In this document: positions 24,164 through 37,600 of the stretch, piece by piece
Numbering within the stretch: position 1 is the stretch's first letter
Layout of the letters: each line of letters begins with the position of its first letter
DNA from: Lingula anatina
Taxonomy: Eukaryota; Animalia; Brachiopoda
NCBI GenBank assembly: GCA_051362555.1
Contig: CM120640.1
Span: 19,468,001 to 19,532,000, forward strand
DNA: 64,000 bases
Direction of reading: 5' to 3'
Program-made: the position numbers and the translations under genes
Notes under the pieces: model-generated
What the model saw: only the letters and a program-made list of their open reading frames with translations
Databases searched by the model: none
What the model was told of the DNA's origin: nothing

Positions 24164-25462
24164 ATTAATCTGGTTTTAATAATCTACTGTCATAATCTTA
24201 GAGCGCCGTGGTTGATCAGATCGTCGTCTAAAACGGGTTGGATTTTAAAATAATTTGATGACATATTTTTATAGAACATTGAGGCTTTATCATAACATAC
24301 TGTGACATAAAATGCTTGAACTTTATTCTTTATACTTTTAACTTGTGTCTCTTTACTTTAAGGGCTTTACATGTAGTTTACAACATATGAGCAACGCATT
24401 TTGATTTTGATCTCAACTTACTTTTTCTTAAAGCAACAAAGATCGAAACATCAGAATTAGGTTGTATAAAAAATATTTTGTAACAGTTAGAACCAGATGT
24501 ATAAAACACCATATGCAACACTCAACAGAATAAATAAATGAATAAATACATTTGTAAGGGTGGAGTGCGGTGGATCATAAAATTTAAACCCTCATCACTC
24601 TCTCTCATCGTTAACACAATTTCACCCTAAATTTCTTTACAACCATTTGTAGGCTAAACAACCATAACATTATTTGCGTCAGAAGGATGTGCATAATTTA
24701 TCTAGAGTTATATAGGCCTAATTGTGGGACTAGTCAACAGTATATGCCTATATTGCATTTACAATGTGGCATTTTTAACCTCCATAGATTTGATCATGAT
24801 CCATAATTATTATATTATTATTATAAAACCCGAATAATAATAGGCCTTACAATTAATAGATGACAGGCAAAACAAGAACCAAGAAGGATGGGGGAGTAGA
24901 TTACAATTTAGGTTCTTTTAGGGTTTTTAATTAGTCTTATATTTTTGCCGATGAGCGAATGTATCAACGCTTATTATGAAACATATGAGTAGGTCAAAGA
25001 GAAATTTTTAGGGGCCTCTACAAAATTGGATTTTTGGTTAAAAATGAAATGAAAAAATAAATGCATAAAAATGCATTGAAAGGGGTTTAATGTTGGAAGA
25101 CGGACTTCGATTCTTTACGACGTTTACTTTGAAAGTTTTACCTAAAATAAAATGCAAACGTAATGCAATGTGATAACCTGGCCCATCCTATCCGTGCTAA
25201 AAGTGCTCTTTACGGTCTCTGATTACTGTCTGATGGGCCCAAGATTTTTCGTGTTAATTTCAGTTTTTATTGAACGAATGAGGTCCATTGTTTTTATTGG
25301 GAAATATAGCACCATGCTTGTCCTTTAAAATAAAGTAAAACGAAATGAGAACGGGAACATCATTCACCACGCACATGCTTGAGAGCGCTTGTGGCTCGCG
25401 GGAGGTAGTAGGTATGTTTTTATTTTACTGTACTTTAGTACCGAAAGAGCTCCGATATGTTC

Positions 25463-25604
25463 ATTTCCGGTACAATGGCGAAACTCAAATTCTTTGTTGA
25501 TACCTCAAAGAATGCGAGTTCTTAAAGTAAGTAGAGATATATTTGACATGGTTTCAGAGTTATGCACATGTCAAGTGTGATTTTTCGAGGGGTTCAAGTG
25601 TGAG
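25463..25604 (+). promoter_or_regulatory. Putative DNMBP promoter and non-coding first exon
   Basis: ETS-like ATTTCCGGT (25463-25471), YY1-like CAATGGCG, CpG-rich context, candidate donors GTAAGT at 25527 and GTACGT at 25605; acceptor ahead of the start codon at 28133. Confidence 0.45.
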
Positions 25605-28146
25605 GTACGTAAATTGAGTCGAACATTTTTAAAATATGGATCAAATTTTGTACACAGTTTGACTCGATCCACCCTGTATCATCGTTTGGTCACATCAGCC
25701 ACCTGTTATAAGAACTTTGTTAAGTGTTATTGAATGCTAAGAATTGTTAAATTTGAGCTTAAAATCGAGCGCTTAAATTTTTCTATGTATCCAGTTCAGG
25801 GGAAACAAAACAGTAACAAATGACAAACAGTTAGTGTAGATAACACCTCTGAAGCGTGACTTGGTTTTAAATTAAAACATAATAAAAACCTAAAGACACA
25901 TCTTGGATCGCTTTAAATGTCTCGGATCGTATTTAAAGTTGTAATAAGCTTGGAATGAAAATTTATGATACAATTCAAGATCATGGGACTTGTGAAGTTA
26001 TCTTGGCCATTTATGCACTGTACATAAATTTCTTTTATGATATATTTTACAGCATATTTTCATTTCACTTCCTATATAATGAACAGGCAATTTATATGTT
26101 ATCTGAATGTTAACTGGTTGTCATTATGAATAAGGGCAATTCCATAGTTTTATTTTTACTTTTTCAGGGAGGAGTTTTGTCCTTAGACTTAAGTTTTAGA
26201 AAAACAAATAAATTAATAAAAGTAAAACTTTCTCATATCATGTTTGACAGGAAGATAATATATCATGTTTGTGTCATAGCATGTTTAACATATAATAGTA
26301 ATAGGGGATGTGCCAATTACTTTGGTTTTGATTTTTTGTACTTCAACAATCTGAAAAATCTGTAAAGTGACAGTTAACTCTTATTTTTAATGAGATGTGT
26401 ATATGCTAAAAGATTATTATGTCAGATATCAGATTTAATTGATACTGTGCCTAATGAATATAATCAAAATCATTTTTATGATATCCTGATACTGTTTCAT
26501 AGGCTGCATTGTATAATCAATCACCTGTTTTGTTATCTCTGATCCAGATCTAATAGTCAAGTTATGAATCATAAAACTTTTTTTAAAAAATGATACTTTT
26601 TAAAAATGATACTAAACATTTTATTTTGGTTTTACTAACAAGTTATTAACAAACCACTACCTTATTCAAAATACAATTTTTGAATCTTATCTTTACTGTA
26701 AAAATAATTTTAAGTTGCCGATTTGCATGATGATATCAATTTAGTATCAAGATGGTCAGTCTATGGAACAAATGGTTTACATCACCATAATTGTATAACT
26801 TAATGGGACTATAAATGTTTCCAAGAGGTATGTAAGGCTATTTAGGTTTTTATAGCAATGCATTTATACAATGGGCCATTGTTATAAAGACTTAAATATT
26901 TCTCTATTAAAAAAAGGATACTTAAGCCTTAACACATTCTCTGAAGAATATAGGTTTTTACAGCGTTTTTAATTCATTCCCACCAGAACACCTTTTCTTC
27001 TTTTTGAAAAATTGGTCATCTTATTCTATGAAAATACAAATCAGCATCAGAAGTTTGCACCCCACTATTACTTTCATGAACTGCATTGCAAAAAAGTTAC
27101 ATAGGAGAATAAAAGATCTAAATATTGGAGAGGAGTTATTGTGTAATGGCTTTTTTGTAAAACTAGGTCAGTTCCTCTCAGGTCATTGTGCATCCTACTG
27201 TAGCTCAAATATTTTAGAATCAAATGTCATCGTCAATGTGCTTATTTTGGGTCACTCACTTATAATGTGACTCAAATAACTTAATATCTACAACTGGAAC
27301 AGTATATAATATCTTTAGCCGAATAGTTTGGTAGTATATACTATTAGCTAATTTAAAACCAGAAAGTTGAATTTGATCAATTATAAACTTGGCAAAAATT
27401 AAAAAAGATGGTAAGATTTTCACAATTAAATCAGATTAAAATTTGTTAAGAACTACCCATGCTAAAATGTACTATGCTACAGTGTACAATTCTTAAAAGT
27501 CGTAGAAATATTTTGCCAGGAGGATAAAATTCCTGTGATATGTGTAATAAACATCAGTTTGACCAGGTCATCCCACTTATATTGGTTATAAGATAAGCTA
27601 AGAAACCTAACTTGTTGGTCAACATAAGAATAGTGTATCAGCACTACTGAACGGTTTTTATTTGCACTGACATTTGTTATCTCAATTGCTATTGCATTAT
27701 CTCTAACAACAATAAATAGTTAATGATTTGGTAAACCTCATTTTGCCTGTGATATGGTAAGTATGTTGTGAGTGCACATGGTTATTAGACTTTCCTAGAC
27801 AATGCATCACATATTTTGCTACAAATGATAATGTGGCTTGACTTGTTTGGATAAGAATTTTAGATTGTGATTAAGATCACTAAAGGTGATTTTGATTTTA
27901 ACTGTAATAAATATAGGTACTATAGGATAAAATCTGCAGTCTACTTGATATATTCAGTTAATCAGTCACATTTTGCAGTTTACCTTTCACAAATCTGACT
28001 TAAGTCAATAAAAGATTATATGTGTTCGATATAGAGGACAGGCACCAATTCATATGTAGATAGGTTTACAGTTTAACACAAACACTTGTGTATCAGTTTG
28101 TCTTCTAAATTAACCTCATATGTATGATTTCAGTTAATGGAGGAAT

Positions 28147-31100
28147 ATGGAAGGTAGCTACTTCCATGTAATATACAACTTTGACACAACAGAGAGGGGA
28201 GAGATTTCCCTTAGGCCAGGGGACATAGTTAAAGTGATACAGAAAGTTGATGACAACTGGCTGAGAGGAGAGATTGGTGACAGGCAGGGCAATTTTCCAT
28301 CCAGCTTTGTAGAACCTGTCACCATCCCACAGTGCAGTGATGGCCAGAAAGTTTTTGCTGCAGTGGAGAACTTTGCTGCAGAGACAGGAGGGGATTTGCC
28401 TCTGGAAAGAGGTGGGGTTGTTGTTCAATAAATTTTATTAGAAAAAAGATGACTGGTTTCTGAAAATATTGGTTTGTTTGTGAAACCTGACAAATGTTAT
28501 AACTGTAAAAAGTTTTGGTAGAAAATTGGAAGTCATTTGAATTTCATTACAGTTTACTGTATAGATGTGATTAGGAGTTTGTAGCAGCATACCTTTTGTT
28601 GTACTAAGATTTCTCATCTTTCACCAAAATCATTGAAAAAGTAGGTTATCTCTAGCAAGTGTGAAAACATACGCAAAAAAACCCTTGTTATTCATATGTA
28701 AATAATAAGGAACATTTTAATGCTTTTTTTAATGATGAAAAGAAAGGGTCATTAAAGGATTACTGTAGTCACACAAGCCACAGACACTTCATATTGAAAT
28801 AACTCCACTTAATTTAAACAGGCCTGTATAAAGTACATACTGTATTTATAAATAGACTGTGTACAGGGAGTTTAAAAAGATGTTATTTTCAAACCTACAG
28901 CAATTTTTGTGCAGTCACATTTTTACATGCCTCTGGCTTTACCAAAATAGTTACATGACAGGAATCACCTTCATACCTTTGTTAGTAATGATATGTAAAT
29001 GCTAGCCCATCACATTACTGTGGATGTTTCAGTTTAGTTTATGACTCTCTGCATGAATATAATGTTTTATATTATTATAATTATGACATTTTCTCTTTTT
29101 TCCTCAGGTGACATAATCTTAGGCTTGAGACAGATAGACAGTAATTGGTGGGAGGGCCAGGTCAAAAACTTAACTGGTATCTTCCCTCTGACACATGTTA
29201 GACTTTTAGATGTAAGACCAACTCTCCGACGAAAATCTACAGGTGCTCCACCTGATGGGGAAACAGGAAAGGATTTAATCGGAAAAGCCAAAGCTCTTAT
29301 GGACCTTACAGCTCAAATAGACGATGAATTGAGTTTTCAGACTGGTGACATCATAAATATCACAAAAATTTTAGATGAGGATTTTTGTATGGGAGAATGC
29401 AATGGTGATGTGGGGATGTTTCCATTAGCCTTTGTGGATGTGATTGAAAAATATGGAAGTGCTTTGGATTCCCTTCCTGTGGAAGAAAAATCTTACGTTC
29501 CAAGATGTGGTCAGAATAGGACAGCATCTTTTACCAGCGAAAATACAAAATCCCACGACACAAGCATAACAGCTTATGCAAAAACGCTATACCCTTTCAA
29601 AGCTGAGAGAAAAAATGAGTTGACATTTAAAGAAAATGAGATTGTAGAATTACTTCAACATGTGGATGAGGACTGGATAGAAGGGGTGATAGATAATAAC
29701 ATTGGGGTTTTTCCAGCCAGTTATGTGGAGATTATAGTGGATTGTCCATGGGCAGCTGAATCTTACCAAAGCACTGTATCTAAAACTGACAAGGCAGAGG
29801 TTGTGGTTTCATCCACTCAGCCAACCACTGACATCAATGACAATACATCAAAAGGCAATTTTGAGCCAGTAACCCCAGTTGGAGGTGTACCTAAATACAC
29901 CCCCCCAACTGAACATGTACCTGAATATACGGCCCAAACTGAAAAGGAACCTGAAATTACATGGTCGGTCAAAAACGCACCTGTAAATGATTCTTCTTCT
30001 GGAAGTGTGCCTTCATCTGGGAGTGTACCCTCGTCAAAGGACAACCCTGAACCTCATGAGGATGTCTATGGATTAGTCAAGTATGATTTCAAAGCAGAGT
30101 CAGAAAATGACCTCGATCTGCGAGAAGGGGACACAGTGACAGTGCTTCGGAAAGTGGATGGGAATTGGTTTGAGGCTAGACATGATGATGGTCACACGGG
30201 CTTTTGCCCCATCAACTTTATAGAACTTATTGGCCCTGAACCTGAGTGGCTGTCAAACTCTGGGATTCAGTCAGCACCTATTTCTAATGGTTTTAAAGTT
30301 GAAAACGATACAAAGACAAATATTTCTGGCCCATCTAACACTGAAAAGAAAGTTGAAGCTCCTTTGTCCAAAAAGCCTCCAATAAAAACCAAACCAGAAA
30401 TCTTGAGGCCCAAGCCTGTCCTTGCACCAAAGCCTTTCTTGAAATCAACTGTGACCTCTGTTCGCTCAGTGACCCCACCTCAAAAAGTATTTGAATCAAA
30501 AGACATAGCCATAGACTCAAGTTTAGATGACATTGTAAAAAATCAAATGAAAAAAGCCAAAGATGAAGTGGAGTCAAGGTCAAGAAGCAGCAGCTCTCTC
30601 AGTAACACAAGCAACCATTCTAGAGATTCAGCAGGGTCAGGGGAATACACCACAAATGGATTAACTAGTAACATACAATCTGCCTCTGTGGCTCAGCAGA
30701 GTGGTGACTTAGAAAATGAAACCCTTAATCAGCAGAGAAAAGCATCTGTGAAGAGAGGCCCCCCACCGAGACCTACAGGTCCACGACTTGCTGCTGCTCC
30801 ATCTAGGCAGCCATTAGAGCCACTGCGGATAGAAGGAAATGTAAGGACTGTCCCTTCCCGACCTGCTCCCTTGAGACCTTCAACATCGCCAGTTAAACTC
30901 ACAGCCCCTCCTTTACAGGCCCCACCTCGACCTCAGCCCCCTCAAACAAACACCCCCAAGTCCCCTCCAAAGAGACCACAACAGCCAGTGGTCAACTCTG
31001 CTCTGGATGATTTGACTGACTTTATAGGATTCAGTCCAAATACTTCAATAACAGGTGTGTTTGTGTTAATTTGTATGCTGTTTATAATTTTGTTAATTTA

Positions 31101-31608
31101 TGACTTAGTTCTTTTTAGAATTAAAAATAGATTATGGCTTATTTTTTAAAAGTACTTTTGATACATAATACTTTTTGAAAATTTTTATCATGAAACTAGA
31201 GAGATTTGAATATTTTCTGTATTTATAACTTAGACGACCATTTTTATTTCAGTTTTTTCTTCTGTTTGACAAAAGGTAGAATAGAATTATTGTTTGGTAT
31301 GTTCTACAGATGTAGGTGACCATGATGAGGATGACAAGGAAGCACTGGTGGCAGATTTGCAAAGCAGAATGGCAGAGATACAGAAAGATATTGAGGTAGG
31401 AAACATCAACATGACTTTAGCAATCTATCTTGTTCCAATTTAGTAAAACTTGTGTAGAAAATATAGAAATTAACTTACAAACAGTTTGCTGTAGGTAAAT
31501 TCACATTACTGGAACTCATCATAAAGTGGTGATAATTTATAAGGTAAGATTATTAGAAGTGTGACATTGTTATATAGATTTGTCTATTTCATAACTGAAA
31601 TTGTTCAT

Positions 31609-31651
<43 letters not shown>

Positions 31652-34600
31652 TTTCAAGAAAAAGCATTGAGTATTTTTTCCTCTTTTTCAGCAATATACC
31701 AAAACAAAGAAAGAACTGCAGCAGAAGTACAGGGCAGCCCAGACAGACCTGGAGAGACCTGCCATTGAGGAGGACATTGAGGACTGTAATGCCAACATCA
31801 GAGGACTCACAGCTGAGGTCAACTCTCTCAGAGGTAGGTCTGAGGACATATCTTTTAAATGTGAACCTGAATTCTGACTATACTGATGTTAAAAGAAAGA
31901 ATTTAAAACTAAATTCCAGTTCACTGTGAACTGCATCATATGTTTAGTTTTTGAAATATTAAAAATCTATGTTACCATCATGTGTATTCTGTTTACTGAA
32001 ATAGTCACAGGGAGCATATACTGGGTAAAGAGCCATCATCAATTTCCTGAAACACATTTTCATCCTGCTGTTTTGAAAATACTGAGAGTTAGAACTGTTA
32101 AGGGCATAGTATGTAAATAAAACCTGTTTTAAGCCATGTAACATGCAAATAGTCAGTTAAGGTCGGCATTCCAATGAAACTGGTTATGCACTGGCCTCAC
32201 AAGGTCTTTTTGGTCGTAGTGTAAAAAAAAAAACTTGCCTTTTTATTGCTTTCAATAAATAGAACTAATGAAATGAAGCACCTGGAATTAGTTTATCTTC
32301 ATTTAGTTAGTTCACTCACATAGTAAAGACGAAGTGTTAAAGGCGTGCTGAGACTGCCAAGGTCAGTTTGTTCAAATGTATTTGGTATTTGGAACCACAA
32401 TATGCAAGTCAACTATGATGTTTTCCAAGATGGCAGGTGAAACACATAAACTGTTGAGGCCAAGGTCAGTTCAGGCCATGGTATGAAAATGAGGTCTGTA
32501 TTTTTCAAATGTCAAGTTGATAAATGAAACATATTCATTTGAGGTGGTGCATTCTTATTGTAAGAATGAGACTGTGTTACCATTTGTCAAGCATAAAAAA
32601 TGAGTATTGTCTGTTATAGTTGACATGTACAAGAGTTGGCCTGTCTGATAATTTTTTTTTTTATTTCATGTAAACTTCAAAACACTTGTGACTGTTAGAA
32701 TGACACTGCCAGTATCTATTCACCTAGTGGATGTGGAATACTACATATCTGTAGGGATAAGTTGCTTGGGGTTGCTGTACTTACTAGTAAAATGATTGTA
32801 TTTGTCACAACTGTCACATTGCTGGTTTACTGCATGTTCTGTGTCACACAAACTATACACAAGGTTTGTTGTAATGTTAAAATACTTAAGTTTCTATCTT
32901 TTTTTTTTTTTGACACTCTCAGTCTATGTTATGAATATATGGAATGTCTGCATAATTGCTGAATTATGTTCAATATAGTATAGATATCCCATACCATACT
33001 GAAGAAAAATAGCAAATTTATAAACATGGATTTAAGTTGGTATTATTGACTAAGTTTGGCAATATAAGATTTCAGGTAGATAACAGCAAGTAGATAACAC
33101 ATGTCAAGTATTATTTGGTAGTCAACCTATACTATATATAACTTGAAACATATTAATTTAATAGTCTTGCCCCTCTCAAGGTTACAACATTGTATGGTTG
33201 ACAGTTTAACTGTGCACATTTTGACTGATATGACTGGAGTTCACAGAAGTAGCCATTACATAACAATTGATATTTTGACAGCCTCCCTCCTCCCCAAGAT
33301 ATTTATGACACTCACATGACTTGATTACATATCTGATCATAATAACACAGTCAGATGACTTAACATGCTGTAACTTGATGTATCTATTGTTACCAGATTT
33401 TGATGAAATTAAAAACTTAATACCCCCAAAATGGTCACAGTTTCCACATGAAATGGCACACTTACCTTTTGTGGTATATAATGCTGCTGTACAGTAATTG
33501 AGCCCACCTCATTTCTTACGTGAACATCACATACTTTTTGTTTGAGGGTGGATTATCAAGAAAGCCAACAACAGGGGTATTATCTTTTATCAATTGCCCC
33601 ACTTACAGATGCAGTGAACATGATCTGTATATGAAATGATTCTGAGACACTGGTGTTCCTATTTGCATAGACTTGGCATGTTAGGTCATCATCTTCATTT
33701 ATCAACTGCTGGAAGATGGAGGGTTATTAATAAGCAATAGCAATAGCAACTATTATAGTAACTAAAGCATGGTGAGATTAAACTACCAACTATTCAGAGT
33801 CCGCTGAAAATGTACTTTAGGATATATTTACATCTTTTTAACTTTTTTATTTATTTATTTATTTTATTTATTTATTTATTTTTTTTTTTGGGGGGGGGGG
33901 GGGGCTTGATTGTGCAAAGTGGTTAAGCATACATTATTTTAGTAAAAAATGTAAGAAGAATAAGCTATTATACCCCACATATTTGACTCCTGGACAGTTC
34001 AACAGATTACTATGGACTGTATATAGGAAGATAATCAAGTCCTAATGTGATTTGCCAGTTTCCTTGAATAGTTCATTTAAATAATTTGGTGGGGTTAACT
34101 ATAGTTCCACCCTATCAAGAATTGGCTCAATCATATGTGCTGGCCAAGGTAGAATACTAATAGATTTTCACAGTGGGATTTGCTCCATGATTTTCTTTAG
34201 ATTATGGAATTATTCAATCAGTCTATATATATACATACAGTTGCTCATCTGTTATTGATAAAAGTAGGGTAAAAATCACCAGACTTTGGGTCTTAATTAA
34301 TGATTTACTGGGAATATGTATCACAGCACCACTATATATTGCTGATATAGTAAAGGTTCTTTCACTCCATGGCAATTTATTCAACATGTGACAACCTGCA
34401 AAAATTGGTAGATATGCTGGCGTATGTCAAATAAGTTGTAGGTAAGTTTTGTTGTAAATGTACTCAGAAGCAGTCTTGTATGTGCCAGCATATGACTTGT
34501 GTGCTCCCACATAAATGCAGGCTGTAGGTTGTAGGTATGTATTGTAATCATCGATAATAGTTCATACAAATTACTAGTAAGTCACCCATAAGTTAAAAAC

Positions 34601-37600
34601 CTCTAGAAAACATAAGCCAAACTTATTTCAAACCTATGAATAAAATGATTTGAACCAATGTCAAATTCATCTCTAAGACATTGCTATTTGTACACAAAGT
34701 TATCAAAACATTCTTTATGATACTTATACATTTTGTCCAACTTGCTAGGGATACCCTAGATACAAACCCAAAATTGAAAAAAAAAAGAAAACATAAAAAG
34801 TTCAACATATTCCAACATTTTACAAAAAAAATGATAAGTCATTGACAGCATACTCTGGTTAAGTCGTCAAGGTATTGTGACAAGCCCTTGACAGTACTGG
34901 TGTAATATAGCCTACTTGACAGGATGACAGTGGCAGTGGTATGCATACTGTGTCCACACTGTTGAAGTGGACAGTTGATGGCCATTTGATAGTGGACTGC
35001 ATAAGAAAGGAGAGATATGAATGGGGTGGATGATAAGGAGGACATGCTGCTGAATTTCCTGTGTTATAAGTGCTTTTTAAAAAGAGTATCAATTGCTATG
35101 AAGATATCTCACTTAAGACTGTCTGGAAAGATGTCTCACATTGGACTGCTATGTGGACATAGTTTCACTGTGTTATGCTCTGCAGGGTGGATTAACATCA
35201 AGGCATCATGATTCACTGTGCAAATGTGTCCCAGTCAGGTGTTGATATGGGAGTGTTGGGTGCATTACTTGGACTCTAAGCAAATTCTTAACACCACTGA
35301 TTCAATAATGTATCATGAGAGAAAAAAATTCCAGATGAAGAATTTGAATGTGGTTATATGTGGTAATGTTATCATGAGGCTGACCTACTAAAACTGAAAA
35401 CAAGCCAATGATGTTGATATATCTTTAATCAGTGTTGTGTGTTAACAGGTTGTACTGTTTAGAAATGGCAACTGGTATATGGAAAATGTAGCCCTGAAGG
35501 AAGTTGAGCAAATTTTTAGGTTTTTATTGTTATGATATGCTGTGACATCAGTAAGATGAAGAGGAAAACAGTTCAACAGTCAAGTTCCCACATTTTTTTC
35601 ATAGAAAAATAGCACCAATATTTATAAATACATTTCATTACAAGGAAAACAGAATTTATTGTGAAGATTTTTCTCCTGAGAGCAATGAGCACAGCAGTGT
35701 GGTATAGTAGTAGTGAAGATGATAATGGTGAGTAGTAAGAAAAAAAATTACCCAAGTATGTGTGTGTGAATATCTCATTGGAAAGATTTAAAATACATTA
35801 AAGGGGCCATACAAATCTGTAAGTGCAGGAATGCCAGTGTTGCAGTGATAATCATGAATAAAAGTGAATACACCTGTAGAGTACAAGTCAGTTATTTGGC
35901 TAACTTCCACTGGTAACTTGTGCCAGTCAATATAGAAGCTTTTATGTACTACCTCAATCGCCCTCTTATCAGTTTTGGCAATTTCATTTTTTTTCTATAC
36001 AATCTGAACTTGTGCTCACACAGTCTTAAGTCAAATACTAAACATTTTGTAATTTGACTAAAAGAAATACAAAATTTTGTACTATTTTATTTTTATTTGC
36101 AATATTCATCTTTGATCTGGCTCAGCATATTGGTTTGACGGAAATTTTAGTTTGGCTGCTAGAAATTTTATCTTAAACCTAGCTATGACAAGGATGTAAA
36201 TATACCTTATCTAGATTACAAGGGTAACATGGGCTCTAGTGTTGCTTATTAAAGTGTGGTGGTCATTAAGTTGTCTACACTGCCAGCTAACATGGGGTGC
36301 TAGTGATGAGCTTGTAATTTAATTTACTTAATTTGGAAGGAAAAATCCTATAAGCAGGATGTGTAGTTTGTTAAAAGTGACAGTTAATGTCACCCATCAA
36401 GGATGTTCAGGTGTCTTAAGGCTAGTAGTTATGTGTAAAGGGGTGCAAGTTTACTAGTTTATTTTGGCAATTTTTTCAGGAATATGATAAAAAAAAAAAA
36501 TTCATTCAGATGTATAGAGAAATAAACATTGACTGGTTTAGGTGTAAGTGACATTAGTAGACTGACCAAATTAATGAAAGTCTCACTTAACTTGGTTCAA
36601 ATCAAGCACTGGGAGATAATTCTACCTGTATATTAACTTTTGATAACAAAAATAGCAAATTCATTTGGGTGAAGTTTTGTGGATAAAGTCTTTTGTAAAC
36701 TTTCAGTTGGTAAGACAACTTAATTAGTGGCTGCCTTGTCTTGTCATTAAGACCTGAACCAGTTCAGGTTAACACACTTATACAGGTGAAATAAAGATTG
36801 CTTCAGTTCTCAGAATACATTCAGGACTGTGTTGTATTTTAAGATGGTTTCATGTACAAAGTTTTCACCCAGTAAGTCTATTTTTGTAATAGATGTTTTC
36901 AACTGTTCATCAGGGCAAGTGTTATTTAAATCCTCACATCACTCTTGATAGTGTCTTTCAATATTGAGTGTGAAATGCCCTTTATATTTTAATTCTACTT
37001 TCTATTTTTATGCGCCTATTTACAGTTTTAGATTTTCCAGGAAGATGAGAATTTAGCATAGCTCTTCCAGTTTATATATTTCACTACACCTGTACTGCAC
37101 ATCTGGGCATCACATCAGATGTTACGATGTTTAGTTGATTTTAGCAAAAATACCTATATTTCAGAGATATATTTTTTAAAAACTTTGACCCTTTTTTAGG
37201 GACAAAATGTTATGCTGCTGCTGATGTTTTAAACAAGATGTTTAATCTGGATAATTTTGCTTTCGTAGAAAACATCCAGCGTCTTCACCCAGACTGGGTT
37301 GACCCAGCTCTGGAAGCACAGAGGATGGAAGAAGAAGAGCAGAGAAGGAAGGAGGAGGAGAGGAGGTTATATGAAGAAAATAAACAGAAAATGAAAGAAA
37401 AAAGATGCAATGTTATCCAAGAACTTTTACTGACAGAGAAGGCATATTTGAAAGACCTCCAGCTGTGTGTAGAGGCATTTCTCAGTCCTGCCTCAGAAAA
37501 GGTAGAATGATGATCATTCTTTCCATGCAAAACTAATTTTTTAAAGAAAGAAAATGATTTTTTGTTTTGTTCTATTGTATTCTGGCATCAAACAGTCACT

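Noticed and set aside
29041-31149. Apparent signal peptide and C-terminal TM helix on the 702-aa SH3 ORF
   Set aside because: Both hydrophobic ends are intron read-through beyond the splice sites at 29108 and 31054
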